From an uncultured bacterium (GTDB lineage Bacteria; Patescibacteriota; Minisyncoccia; Phycocordibacterales; CAIRYW01), in the NCBI GenBank assembly GCA_963766885.1, contig CAVYBO010000001.1, positions 68,352 to 132,351 on the forward strand: a stretch of DNA of 64,000 bases, written 5' to 3'. Made by a program: the position numbers and the translations under genes. Below are positions 49,038 to 60,068 of the stretch, one piece after another. The notes below the pieces were generated by a model. The model saw only the letters and a program-made list of their open reading frames with translations. It had not been told where the DNA came from and searched no databases. Each line of letters opens with the position of its first letter. Position 1 is the stretch's first letter.

Positions 49038-50177
49038 TTAATGTATTAAATATAAATTCTCGGTTTCTTCCATCTGGTTTTCAAAAGAAAAATTCTCTTT
49101 AATCTTTTTATTCAGATTTTCTCCAAACGTTTCTATTTTTTCTCTGTTTTCGATGATATATAATATTCTATCCTTTATTTGCTTAATATTTTCAGGCTTT
49201 ATTAAAAGTCCATTTTTACCATCTTCAATAACATCTGGAATGCCACCAACTCTTGTTGCAATAATAGGCAGTTTGGCTAGGCCTGCTTCAAGCAATGTGT
49301 AAGGCAGACCTTCTTTTATTGAAGGGATCAAAAAAATATCAAAAGCCGAAATATATTTTTTGGCGTCAAATATTTTCCCCAAAAGAAAAACATTGCGAAA
49401 AATATTTTGATCACCAACGCTTGAAATCAATTCTTCCAAATATTTTTTCTCTTCCCCGTCGCCGATGATAAAATAATTCAAATTAATATTTGAAAGGGCA
49501 CGGATCGCATATTCAAGACCCTTGTTTCTATGAAGCTCCGCAATTGTGCCAACCCAGATTTTGCTTTCATCTAATCTTTTTGGAAAAAATTCGGAAAGCT
49601 TTGTTCTGGCCTCGTCTTTGGGATAAAGCTCGAATTCCTTGATTCCATTTTTGATCAAAGATATTTTTTTTCTTGCAAACAGCCAGTTTTTGGTTTGTCT
49701 TTTTTCTGCGTCTGATATGACAATTGTTTTGTTGCAGAGAATCACTGTCTTGTAGCAAATAATTTTTATTAATATTTTCTGAAAAGCATTTCTTTTCTCA
49801 TTAAACGGCCAGCCATGCACTGTATAAATTATTTTTTTTACGCTACTTAGTCTGCCAGCTAATGCTCCAAGTATTGCCGCTTTTGGGCTGTGAAGATGGA
49901 TTATGTCTGGTTCGAATTCCTTGATAATTTTTTTAATCTCAAAAAAAGCAAAAATATCTTTGAAAAACGAAATATTCCTTCCAAGACTCTTTATTCTAAA
50001 AAATTTTATATTTTCTTTATCCAAAACCTCTTCTAAATCTTTGCCTTTGCCGCTTGCCACAGCAACTTCATATTTTTTATTGAAATTTTCCGCTAAATCC
50101 AGCACTGCTTTTTGAGCTCCGCCAAGAGGCGCGGATTTTGTGATTATGTATAAAATTCTTTTTTTATTGCTTTTCAT
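49038..50177 (-). CDS. GT4-family glycosyltransferase (group 1)
   Basis: Conserved C-terminal EGLPYTLLEAGLAKLPIIATRVGGIPDVIEDGKNGLLIKP (the E-x7-E region). Confidence 0.8.
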   Translation of the reverse strand: MKSNKKRILYIITKSAPLGGAQKAVLDLAENFNKKYEVAVASGKGKDLEEVLDKENIKFFRIKSLGRNISFFKDIFAFFEIKKIIKEFEPDIIHLHSPKAAILGALAGRLSSVKKIIYTVHGWPFNEKRNAFQKILIKIICYKTVILCNKTIVISDAEKRQTKNWLFARKKISLIKNGIKEFELYPKDEARTKLSEFFPKRLDESKIWVGTIAELHRNKGLEYAIRALSNINLNYFIIGDGEEKKYLEELISSVGDQNIFRNVFLLGKIFDAKKYISAFDIFLIPSIKEGLPYTLLEAGLAKLPIIATRVGGIPDVIEDGKNGLLIKPENIKQIKDRILYIIENREKIETFGENLNKKIKENFSFENQMEETENLYLIH

Positions 50178-50237
50178 TTTACTCCTGATTTTTTTCTGGC
50201 TTGAAATGGCGCCTTTCTCGTGTAATATATATTACCA

Positions 50238-51581
50238 ATGCTTTCCGCAAATAAAAGGGAACCGATTATTCTCCTCGTAGGCGACATTCTGTGCTTGTTT
50301 GCGTCTCTTTGGCTGTCGCTTTTTCTGAGAGCTTTTGATTTTCCAGACTATCAGACTTTTATAATCAACCTCAGGCCATGGAGCTTTTTGTTTGCTATAA
50401 CAATCCTTTCTTTTTTTATCGCTGGCCTCTACGACAAGCATCGTTCGATGGTCCGCAAAAAGATTCCTGAACTGCTTTTCAACGCCGAGGTGGCTAACAG
50501 TATTATCGCCATAATCTTCTTCTATTTTACACCTTTTTTTGGAGTTGCCCCTAAGACCATACTTTTTATTTATATCATCATCTCTTTTATCCTGTTCTTT
50601 TTTTGGAGGATTCTTGCTTTGTCTTTGTTTTTAACCAGAGAAAAAGAGAGTGCTTTGATGATTGCTCGGGGGAATGAGGCGATTGAGCTCGAAAAAGAAA
50701 TAAACGAAAACCCCCGCTATACATTTAGAATTATAAAAAGGATTGATGCCGACAATGACAGCTTTGATTTCCAAAAAGATGTTGCCGAGAGGATTTCAAA
50801 TGAAAAGATAAAAATATTAATTGTGGATTCTTTGGATCCAAAGCTTGCAGGATTTTTGAAAAATTTTTACGAGCTTATTTTCTCCAGAGTTTTATTCTTG
50901 GAAACGAACGATTTGTACGAAGAAGTTTTTGATAGGGTGCCAGTTTCACTTCTAAATTACAGCTGGTTTATAGAACACATCAGCGCAACGCCCAGAGAAT
51001 TCTATGATTTTCTAAAAAGGGTAATGGATATTTTGATCGCGTTGCCACTTTTTTTGATTTCTTTAGTCGTTTATCCTTTTGTTTATGTTTTGGAAAAATT
51101 TGAGGGAGATAAGACCACTTTTATTTTCCAAGAAAGAGTTGGACAATTTGGTAAAATAATTAAGATTATAAAATTTCGTACAAGACTTTATGACGACAAA
51201 GGAGATTGGGGAAACGGTAGGAGTAACGATGTAACCAAAATTGGAAAATTTCTTAGAAGTACGAGAATCGATGAACTGCCGCAGCTTTGGAATATCTTGA
51301 AAGGAGATATGTCTTTGATTGGGCCGCGTCCAGAACTTCCGATGGCTGTCAAAGAATACGAGAATCAGATTTCTTATTATGGCGTGAGGCACATTATCAA
51401 GCCGGGACTTTCCGGTTGGGCGCAGATTTACGGCGAGCATCCGCATCATGGAATCGGCGTGGAAGAAACACGAAACAAATTGTCTTATGATTTGTACTAT
51501 ATAAAGAAGCGATCGCTTTTATTGGATTTAATTATTGCTCTCAAAACAATTCGAACACTTTTATCCAGACAGGGAATATAA
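50238..51581 (+). CDS. polyprenyl-phosphate glycosyl-1-phosphate transferase (WbaP/bacterial sugar transferase family)
   Basis: N-terminal TM helices. C-terminal sugar-transferase domain DILIALPLFLISLVVYPF...RVGQFGKIIKIIKFRTR...DELPQLWNILKGDMSLIGPRPE. Confidence 0.8.
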   Translation: MLSANKREPIILLVGDILCLFASLWLSLFLRAFDFPDYQTFIINLRPWSFLFAITILSFFIAGLYDKHRSMVRKKIPELLFNAEVANSIIAIIFFYFTPFFGVAPKTILFIYIIISFILFFFWRILALSLFLTREKESALMIARGNEAIELEKEINENPRYTFRIIKRIDADNDSFDFQKDVAERISNEKIKILIVDSLDPKLAGFLKNFYELIFSRVLFLETNDLYEEVFDRVPVSLLNYSWFIEHISATPREFYDFLKRVMDILIALPLFLISLVVYPFVYVLEKFEGDKTTFIFQERVGQFGKIIKIIKFRTRLYDDKGDWGNGRSNDVTKIGKFLRSTRIDELPQLWNILKGDMSLIGPRPELPMAVKEYENQISYYGVRHIIKPGLSGWAQIYGEHPHHGIGVEETRNKLSYDLYYIKKRSLLLDLIIALKTIRTLLSRQGI

Positions 51582-51595
51582 AAAGAAATAGAAAA

Positions 51596-52489
51596 ATGAA
51601 AAAATATATTGTCACAGGCGGGGCAGGATTTATCGGATCAAATTTGGCAGATGCCCTGATTGATGCTGGACATGAAGTTCACATTATCGATAATCTTTCC
51701 GGCGGCAAAAAAGAAAACATAAATCCAAAAGCAATTTTTCATAATGCAGACATAACAAAGCTAGAAGAAATAAAACCGATTTTTGAAGGCATTGATGGAG
51801 TATTTCATTTTGCTGCGCTTCCTCGTGTTCAGTATTCAATAGAACATCCTGTGGAAACAGCTGAAGTAAATATCGGCGGAACGCAAAATGTTTTGATTGC
51901 TGCCAAAGAAGCAGGAGTCAAACGAATTGTGTATTCTGCATCAAGTTCGGCGTACGGTGATCAAAAAACAATGCCGCTTGTGGAAACAATGCTTCCGATG
52001 CCCAAGAGTCCTTATGGTTTGCAAAAATACGTTGGCGAGCATCTCTGCAGACTTTGGAATGAAATTTATGGAATAGAAACTGTCTCACTTAGATATTTTA
52101 ATGTTTATGGCCCAAGGCAGGCAGATGAAGGCGCGTATGCTTTGGTTATTGCACATTTTTTGAAACAAAAAAGAGAAGGCAAACCAATGACAATCACAGG
52201 CGATGGATTGCAGACCAGAGATTTTACTCATGTGCGTGATGTTGTTAAAGCGAATATTTTGGCTATGGAAAGTGAAAATGTGGGCAAAGGGGAAGTGATG
52301 AACATTGGCACAGGAACAAATCACAGCGTTTTGGAAATTGCCAAAATGCTTGGCGGTGAGTATGAATTCATTGCTCCTCGCATAGAACCTCGCAACACTT
52401 TGGCTGACAATTCTCTCGCTAAAAAACTCATCGGCTGGGAACCAAAGGAAAATTTTGAGAAGGCGATAGAAGAGTTGAAAAAACAATAG
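51596..52489 (+). CDS. NAD-dependent epimerase/dehydratase (UDP-sugar 4-epimerase-like SDR)
   Basis: TGGAGFIGSNL Rossmann motif. The YxxxK catalytic motif is PYGLQK. Confidence 0.85.
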   Translation: MKKYIVTGGAGFIGSNLADALIDAGHEVHIIDNLSGGKKENINPKAIFHNADITKLEEIKPIFEGIDGVFHFAALPRVQYSIEHPVETAEVNIGGTQNVLIAAKEAGVKRIVYSASSSAYGDQKTMPLVETMLPMPKSPYGLQKYVGEHLCRLWNEIYGIETVSLRYFNVYGPRQADEGAYALVIAHFLKQKREGKPMTITGDGLQTRDFTHVRDVVKANILAMESENVGKGEVMNIGTGTNHSVLEIAKMLGGEYEFIAPRIEPRNTLADNSLAKKLIGWEPKENFEKAIEELKKQ

Positions 52490-52528
52490 ATTATTGCCTC
52501 TTTTTAAAATATAGATATAATACTCCCT

Positions 52529-53888
52529 ATGAACAAAATTCGGATATGGGCGGTAATCCTCATCATTTTTGGCATCTTTTTGGGCTATTTTGTCTATGCA
52601 ACGCAAAAAGGTCACACTCTTGGCGATTTTCCATTCAGATACGGCCTTGATCTTTCAGGCGGAATTCATTTGGTGTATCAGGCAGACGTTTCAAGTATTC
52701 CCGCTTCTGAAATTCAGGACTCAATGGAATCCCTCAGAGACGTTATAGAAAAAAGAGTAAATATTTTTGGCGTTTCGGAACCAGTTGTCCAGACTGAGCA
52801 AGGTTCGCTTAATGGTAAACCAATTTACGAATTGGTTGTTGATCTTCCTGGACTTACAAATTTGAACCAGGCAATCGCAACAATCAAAGCGACTCCGACT
52901 TTGGAATTCAGAATTATGAATCCAAATGCGCAGGCGATAATGGCCGCCGCCACTACGACCGTCAATGCCTCAGCGCTTTTTGGCCCAGCGCTTCTAACAG
53001 GAAAAGATTTGCAAAATGCCCAAGTTATTTTTGATCCATCAACCGGCTTGCCGCAAGTTTCTTTGACATTCAATTCCGAAGGCGCCAAAAAATTTGCTGA
53101 TATCACAACAAACAATGTCGGCAAAGTGCTTGCAATACTTCTTGATGGGTCACCTCTTTCAACTCCTGTAATCAAGGAATCAATAACAGACGGCACGGCT
53201 GTAATCAATGGAAACTTTACAGCCGAGCAGGCGCAGACTTTGGTGCGCAATCTTAAATTACGGAGCGCTTCCTTTGCCAATTTCTCTTATCGGCAGCCAG
53301 TCAATAGGCGCATCCTTGGGCGCTGGCGCATTGTCGGCAAGCGTCAAAGCGGGAATTATAAGCTTCATTATTATCGCCATATTTCTTATCCTTTGGTACA
53401 GATTACCGGGGTTAATTGCCGTGTTGGCTTTGATAATTTATACAGCGCTTAACCTCACGCTTTTTAAACTGATTCCGGTAACACTTACATCTGCCGGACT
53501 TGCGGGATTTATTTTATCCATTGGTATGGCCGTGGATGCCAACATTTTGATTTTTGAGCGAATGAAAGAAGAAATGCGCCGCGGGCTTGATTTGCAAAGC
53601 GCAATCAAAGAAGGTTTTCACCGAGCGTGGCTTTCTATCCGAGATTCAAACCTTTCTTCAATCATTACTGCAATTATTCTTTACTACTTTGCTACTTCAA
53701 CTTTGATCAAAGGCTTTGCACTTGTTTTTGGCATCGGTGTTTTGACTTCAATGTTTACAGCGATTACAGTTTCCAGAACTTTCCTTTTTGCGATCGTGCC
53801 AAAGATGGATGGCAAATTCAGCAGATTCTTTTGGAGCAACGGCGCAGCTTCTGGAAAGTTAGCAGATCAATCTGAGAAAAATAAATAA
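52529..53888 (+). CDS. secD: protein translocase subunit SecD, split by an apparent +1 frameshift near 53258
   Basis: ORF 1 carries ...GGIHLVYQ...GNFTAEQAQTLVRNLK and then degenerates. ORF 2 continues YGALPLPISLIGSQSIGASLGAGALSASVKAG...AVDANILIFERMKEE in the +1 frame. Removing one T in cttaaaTTacgga restores ...LVRNLKYGALPLP, matching the SecD consensus. Confidence 0.8.
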
Positions 53889-53902
53889 CACGCAATAAAA
53901 TT

Positions 53903-54814
53903 ATGTTTGTAATCAAATACAGAAAAATATTTTACATTTTAACCGGAATTATCATCATTGCGGCTTTGTACGGTCTTTTTGCGTTTGGTCTCAAGCAAGG
54001 AATTGATTTTCTCGGAGGAGCTCAGGTTGATATGACATATTCAAACACGCCGGATATTTCCAAAATCAAGCCTTCACTCGACAAACTGAACATCGGCGAA
54101 TATTCTCTGGTGCCTTCAGGCAAAAACGACATTCTTCTTCAAACGGAAAATCTTTCTGATGATCAAAGAACCTCTGTGCTTACGGCGCTTTCTTTGGGCG
54201 GTAGCAATCCAAGTGTAAAAAGTTTTGATTCAGTGGGCCCGATTCTTGGCGCAGAACTTCAGAAAAAATCTCTCTATGCGATTATTTTGGTAATAATTGC
54301 AATAGTTTTGTTTATCACTTTTGCCTTTAGAAAAGTTTCAAAGCCAGTATCAAGCTGGAAATACGGCGTAGTTGCAATCATCGCTTTGCTTCATGATGTT
54401 TTGATTCCGGCAGGATTCTTTGCTTACCTCGGCCATTTTTATGGCACCGAGATTGATTCGCTTTTTGTTACAGCTGTGCTTGTAGTCCTGGGCTTTTCTG
54501 TTCACGATACCATTGTGGTGTTTGATCGAACCCGAGAAAATCTGCACATAAACAATACCGAAAAAAATAAAAAAGATTTTGAAACAATCGTTGGTGAAAG
54601 CGTGAGCCAGACATTTGTGAGGTCAATTAATACATCTCTTACAGTGCTTCTTTCGCTTTTGGTTTTGTATTTCTTTGGTCCGGCTTCAACACAGGATTTT
54701 TCCTTGGCGCTTTTAGTTGGAATTTTTGCAGGAACATATTCTTCGATTTTCATAGGTTCACCGCTTCTTGTCACTCTCCAAAAATGGAGTGAAAAGAAAA
54801 ATTCAGCGAAATAA
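53903..54814 (+). CDS. secF: protein translocase subunit SecF
   Basis: 303 aa. GIDFLGGAQV... and the C-terminal 6-TM SecDF fold ...FVTAVLVVLGFSVHDTIVVFDRTREN. Confidence 0.85.
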   Translation: MFVIKYRKIFYILTGIIIIAALYGLFAFGLKQGIDFLGGAQVDMTYSNTPDISKIKPSLDKLNIGEYSLVPSGKNDILLQTENLSDDQRTSVLTALSLGGSNPSVKSFDSVGPILGAELQKKSLYAIILVIIAIVLFITFAFRKVSKPVSSWKYGVVAIIALLHDVLIPAGFFAYLGHFYGTEIDSLFVTAVLVVLGFSVHDTIVVFDRTRENLHINNTEKNKKDFETIVGESVSQTFVRSINTSLTVLLSLLVLYFFGPASTQDFSLALLVGIFAGTYSSIFIGSPLLVTLQKWSEKKNSAK

Positions 54815-54838
54815 ATAATCGTTGACAATTTTTTCTGA

Positions 54839-55123
54839 TTGCGTAGAATTTCTGTAAATAACTGTTGTTTATCTATGAAAATAATTTCGGTGGACGCGCA
54901 TAGCCGTTTCATCGGCGGAGAATCCAGCCATTCTGTCTCAATCAAAACAAATAAAGATCACGTAATCGGGGGAGGAAAATCTCAAAGAGAAGCCTTCTTG
55001 GAGGCTTTGTCAAAATTGGGTATTCCGCGGATTGATGATGTTCCTACTTTTGTTGCTTATGCTGGCGGCTCAGCCTATAAGCAACTCTGTCAGATTGGAA
55101 AGTGTCTTTCGGCCGAAGTATGA
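54839..55123 (+). CDS. small hypothetical protein (paralog A of a duplicated ~85-aa domain)
   Basis: The segment ISVDAHSRFIGGESSHSVSIKTNKDHVIGGGKSQREAFLEALSKLGI resembles the downstream paralog. The start is probably the internal Met MKIISVD. Confidence 0.3.
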   Translation: MRRISVNNCCLSMKIISVDAHSRFIGGESSHSVSIKTNKDHVIGGGKSQREAFLEALSKLGIPRIDDVPTFVAYAGGSAYKQLCQIGKCLSAEV

Positions 55124-55193
55124 TCTTGTCCCTTGCGGGACAATTTTTGTACTTGACAAAATTTATAAACGAGAGCAATGTATTTTAAGTTTT

Positions 55194-55481
55194 ATGTTTA
55201 GTTCAAAAAATCAAGCAATTCTGGAAACTCTTTTTCTCCGTATCGATACAGTTCGTGTATCGGCTCAGTCGGACGAAGTCAGTCTGGGTTTGGTTTCTGC
55301 CAGAGTGGGCGGGGAAAGTGCTATTGGCCGAATTTCAAAGCGCGATCATGTAGAAATGACCACAGGCGAGCTTCTCGAGCTAGCATTTCAAAAGGCTCTA
55401 GGCAACCTGGTTCCTGATTGGAAACAGAAAATGGCTACTATTTTCGCCAGTGGTGAATTGAAAACGGTAACGTTTCTTTAA
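55194..55481 (+). CDS. small hypothetical protein (paralog B); start taken at the internal Met of ORF 55032..55481
   Basis: VRVSAQSDEVSLGLVSARVGGESAIGRISKRDHVEMTTGELLELAFQKALGNL shares the VxV(D/S)A(H/Q)S...GGES...(K)(R/K)DHV...A(F)..AL pattern with paralog A. Followed by the terminator AGGCGCAGGAGCGCCTATTTTTATTT. Confidence 0.3.
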   Translation: MFSSKNQAILETLFLRIDTVRVSAQSDEVSLGLVSARVGGESAIGRISKRDHVEMTTGELLELAFQKALGNLVPDWKQKMATIFASGELKTVTFL

Positions 55482-55742
55482 GGCGCAGGAGCGCCTATTT
55501 TTATTTGACAAAAACACTATTTTGTTTTATCTTTGATACAGTATGCCCCATTCAATAATGAATTTGTTCTGTTCCTTCTTTGGACTTGCAGCGTTTTCCT
55601 TTGGGCTTGGCTTTCTCTGTTCGCTGACTGAGACTGCTCCTTCCGTAATTGTGGTACGTCGCGATGACTGATCAAAAATCACTCTGAAATCACATGATTT
55701 CTAAGGCCTAGCAAGGCCTATTTTTATTGTTTATTTTTGAGC

Positions 55743-55770
55743 TTGACGGCTCAAATTATATATATATAAT
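55743..55770 (+). promoter_or_regulatory. putative sigma70 promoter of the separate 16S rRNA unit
   Basis: TTGACG, a 16-nt spacer, then TATAAT. Preceded by the AGGCCT-AGCA-AGGCCT plus T-run terminator-like hairpin. A ~300-nt leader rich in perfect hairpins follows. Confidence 0.45.
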
Positions 55771-56066
55771 GGTGCCTACGTCCCCGAAAAGTAGAAGTGC
55801 GGGGATTGTTCATTGAAGTAGAAAAACTCTCATTTCTGTACAAGAAAGTGAGAGGAAATAATAGAGAATTAGTGTAAGTAAAAATCTTTTAAAACATTCA
55901 ATTGTTTTAAAAGATAAATCCAAGTATATTCCAGAATTTAATTTCAGTAGCATGGATCATCAAATGGAAAAAACTAAATAGAAAATGTTTTAATGCGTCT
56001 TCTGTTTTGTTCCGTTCTACAATTCTAAAAAATTGTTTTTCAATTTATTGATTGCAATTTTATTTT

Positions 56067-57599
<1,533 letters not shown>

Positions 57600-57762
57600 A
57601 AAATGAAACTGGCTTTATTGCCAGCGAGTCGATCTTCACACTTTTTGTGATGCTGTATCTCGACAGAATCGAGGTCTTTTTAGAGAAAGTTAATCTCTAT
57701 ATACAGGGAGGAAAGACTCCCGGATTCGAACGGAACAAAACAGAGGATGTAAAAACTCAAAA

Positions 57763-57788
57763 AACCGCCTAATGTAGGCGGTTTTTTG
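57763..57788 (+). terminator. rho-independent terminator downstream of 16S
   Basis: AAAAACCGCCTAATGTAGGCGGTTTTTTG. Confidence 0.6.
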
Positions 57789-57812
57789 CTTGGTTGACTT
57801 TAAGCTGAAAAT

Positions 57813-58100
57813 GTGATAAAATTTAAAAAGATGAATACGTTTCCCCTAAACGCCAGTCGTCCTCATCCGGACGAACGCAACAGGCCGCTTTGTGGCTTGA
57901 TCAAGCTGCTTGTCGTCATTGCTTTCGTTGCCAGTATCCCGGTGCTTTATTGCATTAGGGCTAGGCACAACGAAGCAATTAAGAAGGCTGCACAAGAACG
58001 CGCAGCAGAAATTCAGAAACAAAAACAGGAGGACGCAGGAATGTTTTCTCCACAACAACCAACAACTAACCAGAAGGAGGTGAACTTAAATGTTCATTAA
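57813..58100 (+). CDS. small single-TM protein (GC-rich cassette)
   Basis: 95 aa. TM segment LCGLIKLLVVIAFVASIPVLYCI. A possible internal start is MNTFPLN. Confidence 0.35.
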   Translation: MIKFKKMNTFPLNASRPHPDERNRPLCGLIKLLVVIAFVASIPVLYCIRARHNEAIKKAAQERAAEIQKQKQEDAGMFSPQQPTTNQKEVNLNVH

Positions 58101-58251
58101 CGATACTGATCATTTGCTATCGCAGGAGCGTAGCCGGCTTCGCTGGAAACGTTTCTACGAGATTGTGAGCTCTCCGGAGTTCTTGATCATTGCTGGCTGC
58201 ATGCTGTTGTACCTTTTCAAGCTCTATGCTGACTGGTACTTCAACAAGTAG
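58090..58251 (+). CDS. 53-aa single-TM protein with a canonical SD (GC-rich cassette)
   Basis: GGAGGTGA lies 6 nt upstream of the ATG. The product MFINDTDHLLSQERSRLRWKRFYEIVSSPEFLIIAGCMLLYLFKLYADWYFNK is followed by the terminator CAGCCGAGGA...TCCTCGGCTG. It falls below the ORF-track cutoff. Confidence 0.3.
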   Translation: MFINDTDHLLSQERSRLRWKRFYEIVSSPEFLIIAGCMLLYLFKLYADWYFNK

Positions 58252-58260
58252 CTGGATCAA

Positions 58261-58305
58261 CAGCCGAGGAAAGTGATTCGTCACTGTCCTCGGCTGTTCT
58301 GCTTT
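58261..58305 (+). terminator. hairpin terminator
   Basis: CAGCCGAGGAAAGTGATTCGTCACTGTCCTCGGCTGTTCTGCTTT, a 10-bp stem. Confidence 0.5.
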
Positions 58306-58345
58306 ATATTTTCGAAGTTTTCTGCTATATTCTTTCAACACTAAT

Positions 58346-58421
58346 GCGCGTATAGCTCAGTTGGTAGAGCATTCGACTGATACTCGAAAGGTCCTTGGTT
58401 CGAACCCAAGTACGCGCACCA
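58346..58421 (+). tRNA. tRNA-Ile (anticodon GAU), CCA encoded
   Basis: Acceptor GCGCGTA/TACGCGC, D arm GCTC-AGTTGGTA-GAGC, anticodon stem TTCGA/TCGAA with loop CTGATAC, T arm CTTGG-TTCGAAC-CCAAG, then ACCA. Confidence 0.85.
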
Positions 58422-58463
58422 GATTGTAAATAAAAAATTCCGCTTACGCGGAGTGATTTAATC

Positions 58464-58778
58464 TCAAAGGTTCCATTTGTCCATATCGGCACACATATTG
58501 AGTGAGAACCGTTCAGACGAATTATCAAAGATCATATAAATCACAGCGAGGATTGGGGGGCAGATGACCCAGCTAATAATCTTCAAGATAATACCGGCAT
58601 CACTTGAAAGTATGACTATGAAGCAAAACATGTTCGTTAGAAGCATGAAAAAGCTCGTCATTGCCAGGAGTCCGATTGGAATCCTGTTCATACCTCCAAT
58701 CCAGTAATCGATTATTTGATCGAGTCTTTCGACCGCAAGCTCCAAGTGTGCCCAGATGATAATGATCGTGAGTTTCAT
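58464..58778 (-). CDS. hypothetical membrane protein (3 TM)
   Basis: 104-aa hydrophobic ORF. Confidence 0.35.
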   Translation of the reverse strand: MKLTIIIIWAHLELAVERLDQIIDYWIGGMNRIPIGLLAMTSFFMLLTNMFCFIVILSSDAGIILKIISWVICPPILAVIYMIFDNSSERFSLNMCADMDKWNL

Positions 58779-58880
58779 TCTTTTTCCATACTATCCTAAA
58801 ATTTTAGCTAGTCAATAAATCCTTAATTATAGTGATAATATGTAGTATATGCGGGGATTAAAAGTTAATTTAAAAAACAA

Positions 58881-59096
58881 ATGAACGCACTAAATATAAT
58901 AATGATGCATCCTGTTTTGGTTACTGTTTTATTGGTCTGGTCTCTAATTTGGAAAGGAATTGCTTTGTGGAAGTCAGCTCGAAGAGGTGAGAAAGCGTGG
59001 TTTATTATTTTTATCATAGCAAATACGGTTGGAATTTTGGAAATTCTTTACATTTATATTTTTAGTAAGATGGAGAAAAATGAATCGTCGGAATAG
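58881..59096 (+). CDS. small membrane protein (2 TM)
   Basis: 71-aa hydrophobic ORF. Confidence 0.3.
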   Translation: MNALNIIMMHPVLVTVLLVWSLIWKGIALWKSARRGEKAWFIIFIIANTVGILEILYIYIFSKMEKNESSE

Positions 59097-59102
59097 TATT
59101 TT

Positions 59103-59771
59103 ATGAATTTTTATATTATTGCAACTCCAATCGGGAATCTTGAGGACATCTCTTTGCGCGCCCTGCGGATTTTGAAAGAAGTTGATTTGATTTTGTGCGA
59201 AGATACGCGAGAGACAAGAAAACTTCTAAATCATTACAGAATAAATACTCCGACCAAAAGCTATCACGCCCAGAGTAAAATTTCTGATATTGAAAAAATA
59301 ATAGAGATGCTTCAGGACGGCAAAAACTTAGCTCTTGTTTCTGATGCAGGAACCCCAACGATTTCTGATCCAGGCAGTTTGCTTGTCTCAAAAATTCGCG
59401 AGGCACTTCCGGACGCCAAAATTATTCCAGTGCCCGGAGCGTCTGCTCTAATTGCAGCATATTCTGCAAGCGGCATCACTGGCGGAGAGTTTGTTTTTTT
59501 GGGATTTTTGCCGCACAAAAAGGGCAGAGAAACTTTGTTTAAAGAAATGGCTGAGGCTAGGAGACCATTTGTATTTTATGAGTCTCCGCACAGGATTATG
59601 AAAACCCTGGAATCCTTGGTTAAATTCGCACCTGATAAAAAAGTATTTATTGGACGGGAAATAACCAAAATTTATGAAGAATTTGTGAGCGGTTCTCCTG
59701 AAGAAATGCTTAATTTTTTTAATGATAATCAAGAAAAAGTCAGAGGAGAATTTGTGGTAATAGTATATTAA
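59103..59771 (+). CDS. rsmI: 16S rRNA (cytidine1402-2'-O)-methyltransferase RsmI (tetrapyrrole-methylase fold)
   Basis: FYIIATPIGNLEDISLRALRILKEVDLILCEDTRETRKLLNHY. 222 aa. Confidence 0.8.
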   Translation: MNFYIIATPIGNLEDISLRALRILKEVDLILCEDTRETRKLLNHYRINTPTKSYHAQSKISDIEKIIEMLQDGKNLALVSDAGTPTISDPGSLLVSKIREALPDAKIIPVPGASALIAAYSASGITGGEFVFLGFLPHKKGRETLFKEMAEARRPFVFYESPHRIMKTLESLVKFAPDKKVFIGREITKIYEEFVSGSPEEMLNFFNDNQEKVRGEFVVIVY

Positions 59772-59789
59772 CTTTGGTAGAATAGTTTA

Positions 59790-60068
59790 ATGAAAAAAGA
59801 CAGAATCAATCTTGTTTTGGGTATTATTTTAATAATTTTGCCTCTAACAGGACTTCCAAGAGAATTTAAAAACATTGGCATTTATAGTTGCGGAGTTTTA
59901 ATTGTTCTAATTTCTTTGGCTTCAATATATTTTAGACATAAATTGCTCAATCCTAAACTCAAGAGTGAGATTTTTGAAGAGAGCAAACCTGTTGAGCAGA
60001 TTCCTGAAAAAATGACAGAAGAAGTTTCTGCTGAATCGGAAGAAGACAATCAAGACAGCGTTTTATAA
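59790..60068 (+). CDS. small membrane protein with an acidic C-terminus
   Basis: 92 aa, 2 TM. Confidence 0.3.
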   Translation: MKKDRINLVLGIILIILPLTGLPREFKNIGIYSCGVLIVLISLASIYFRHKLLNPKLKSEIFEESKPVEQIPEKMTEEVSAESEEDNQDSVL

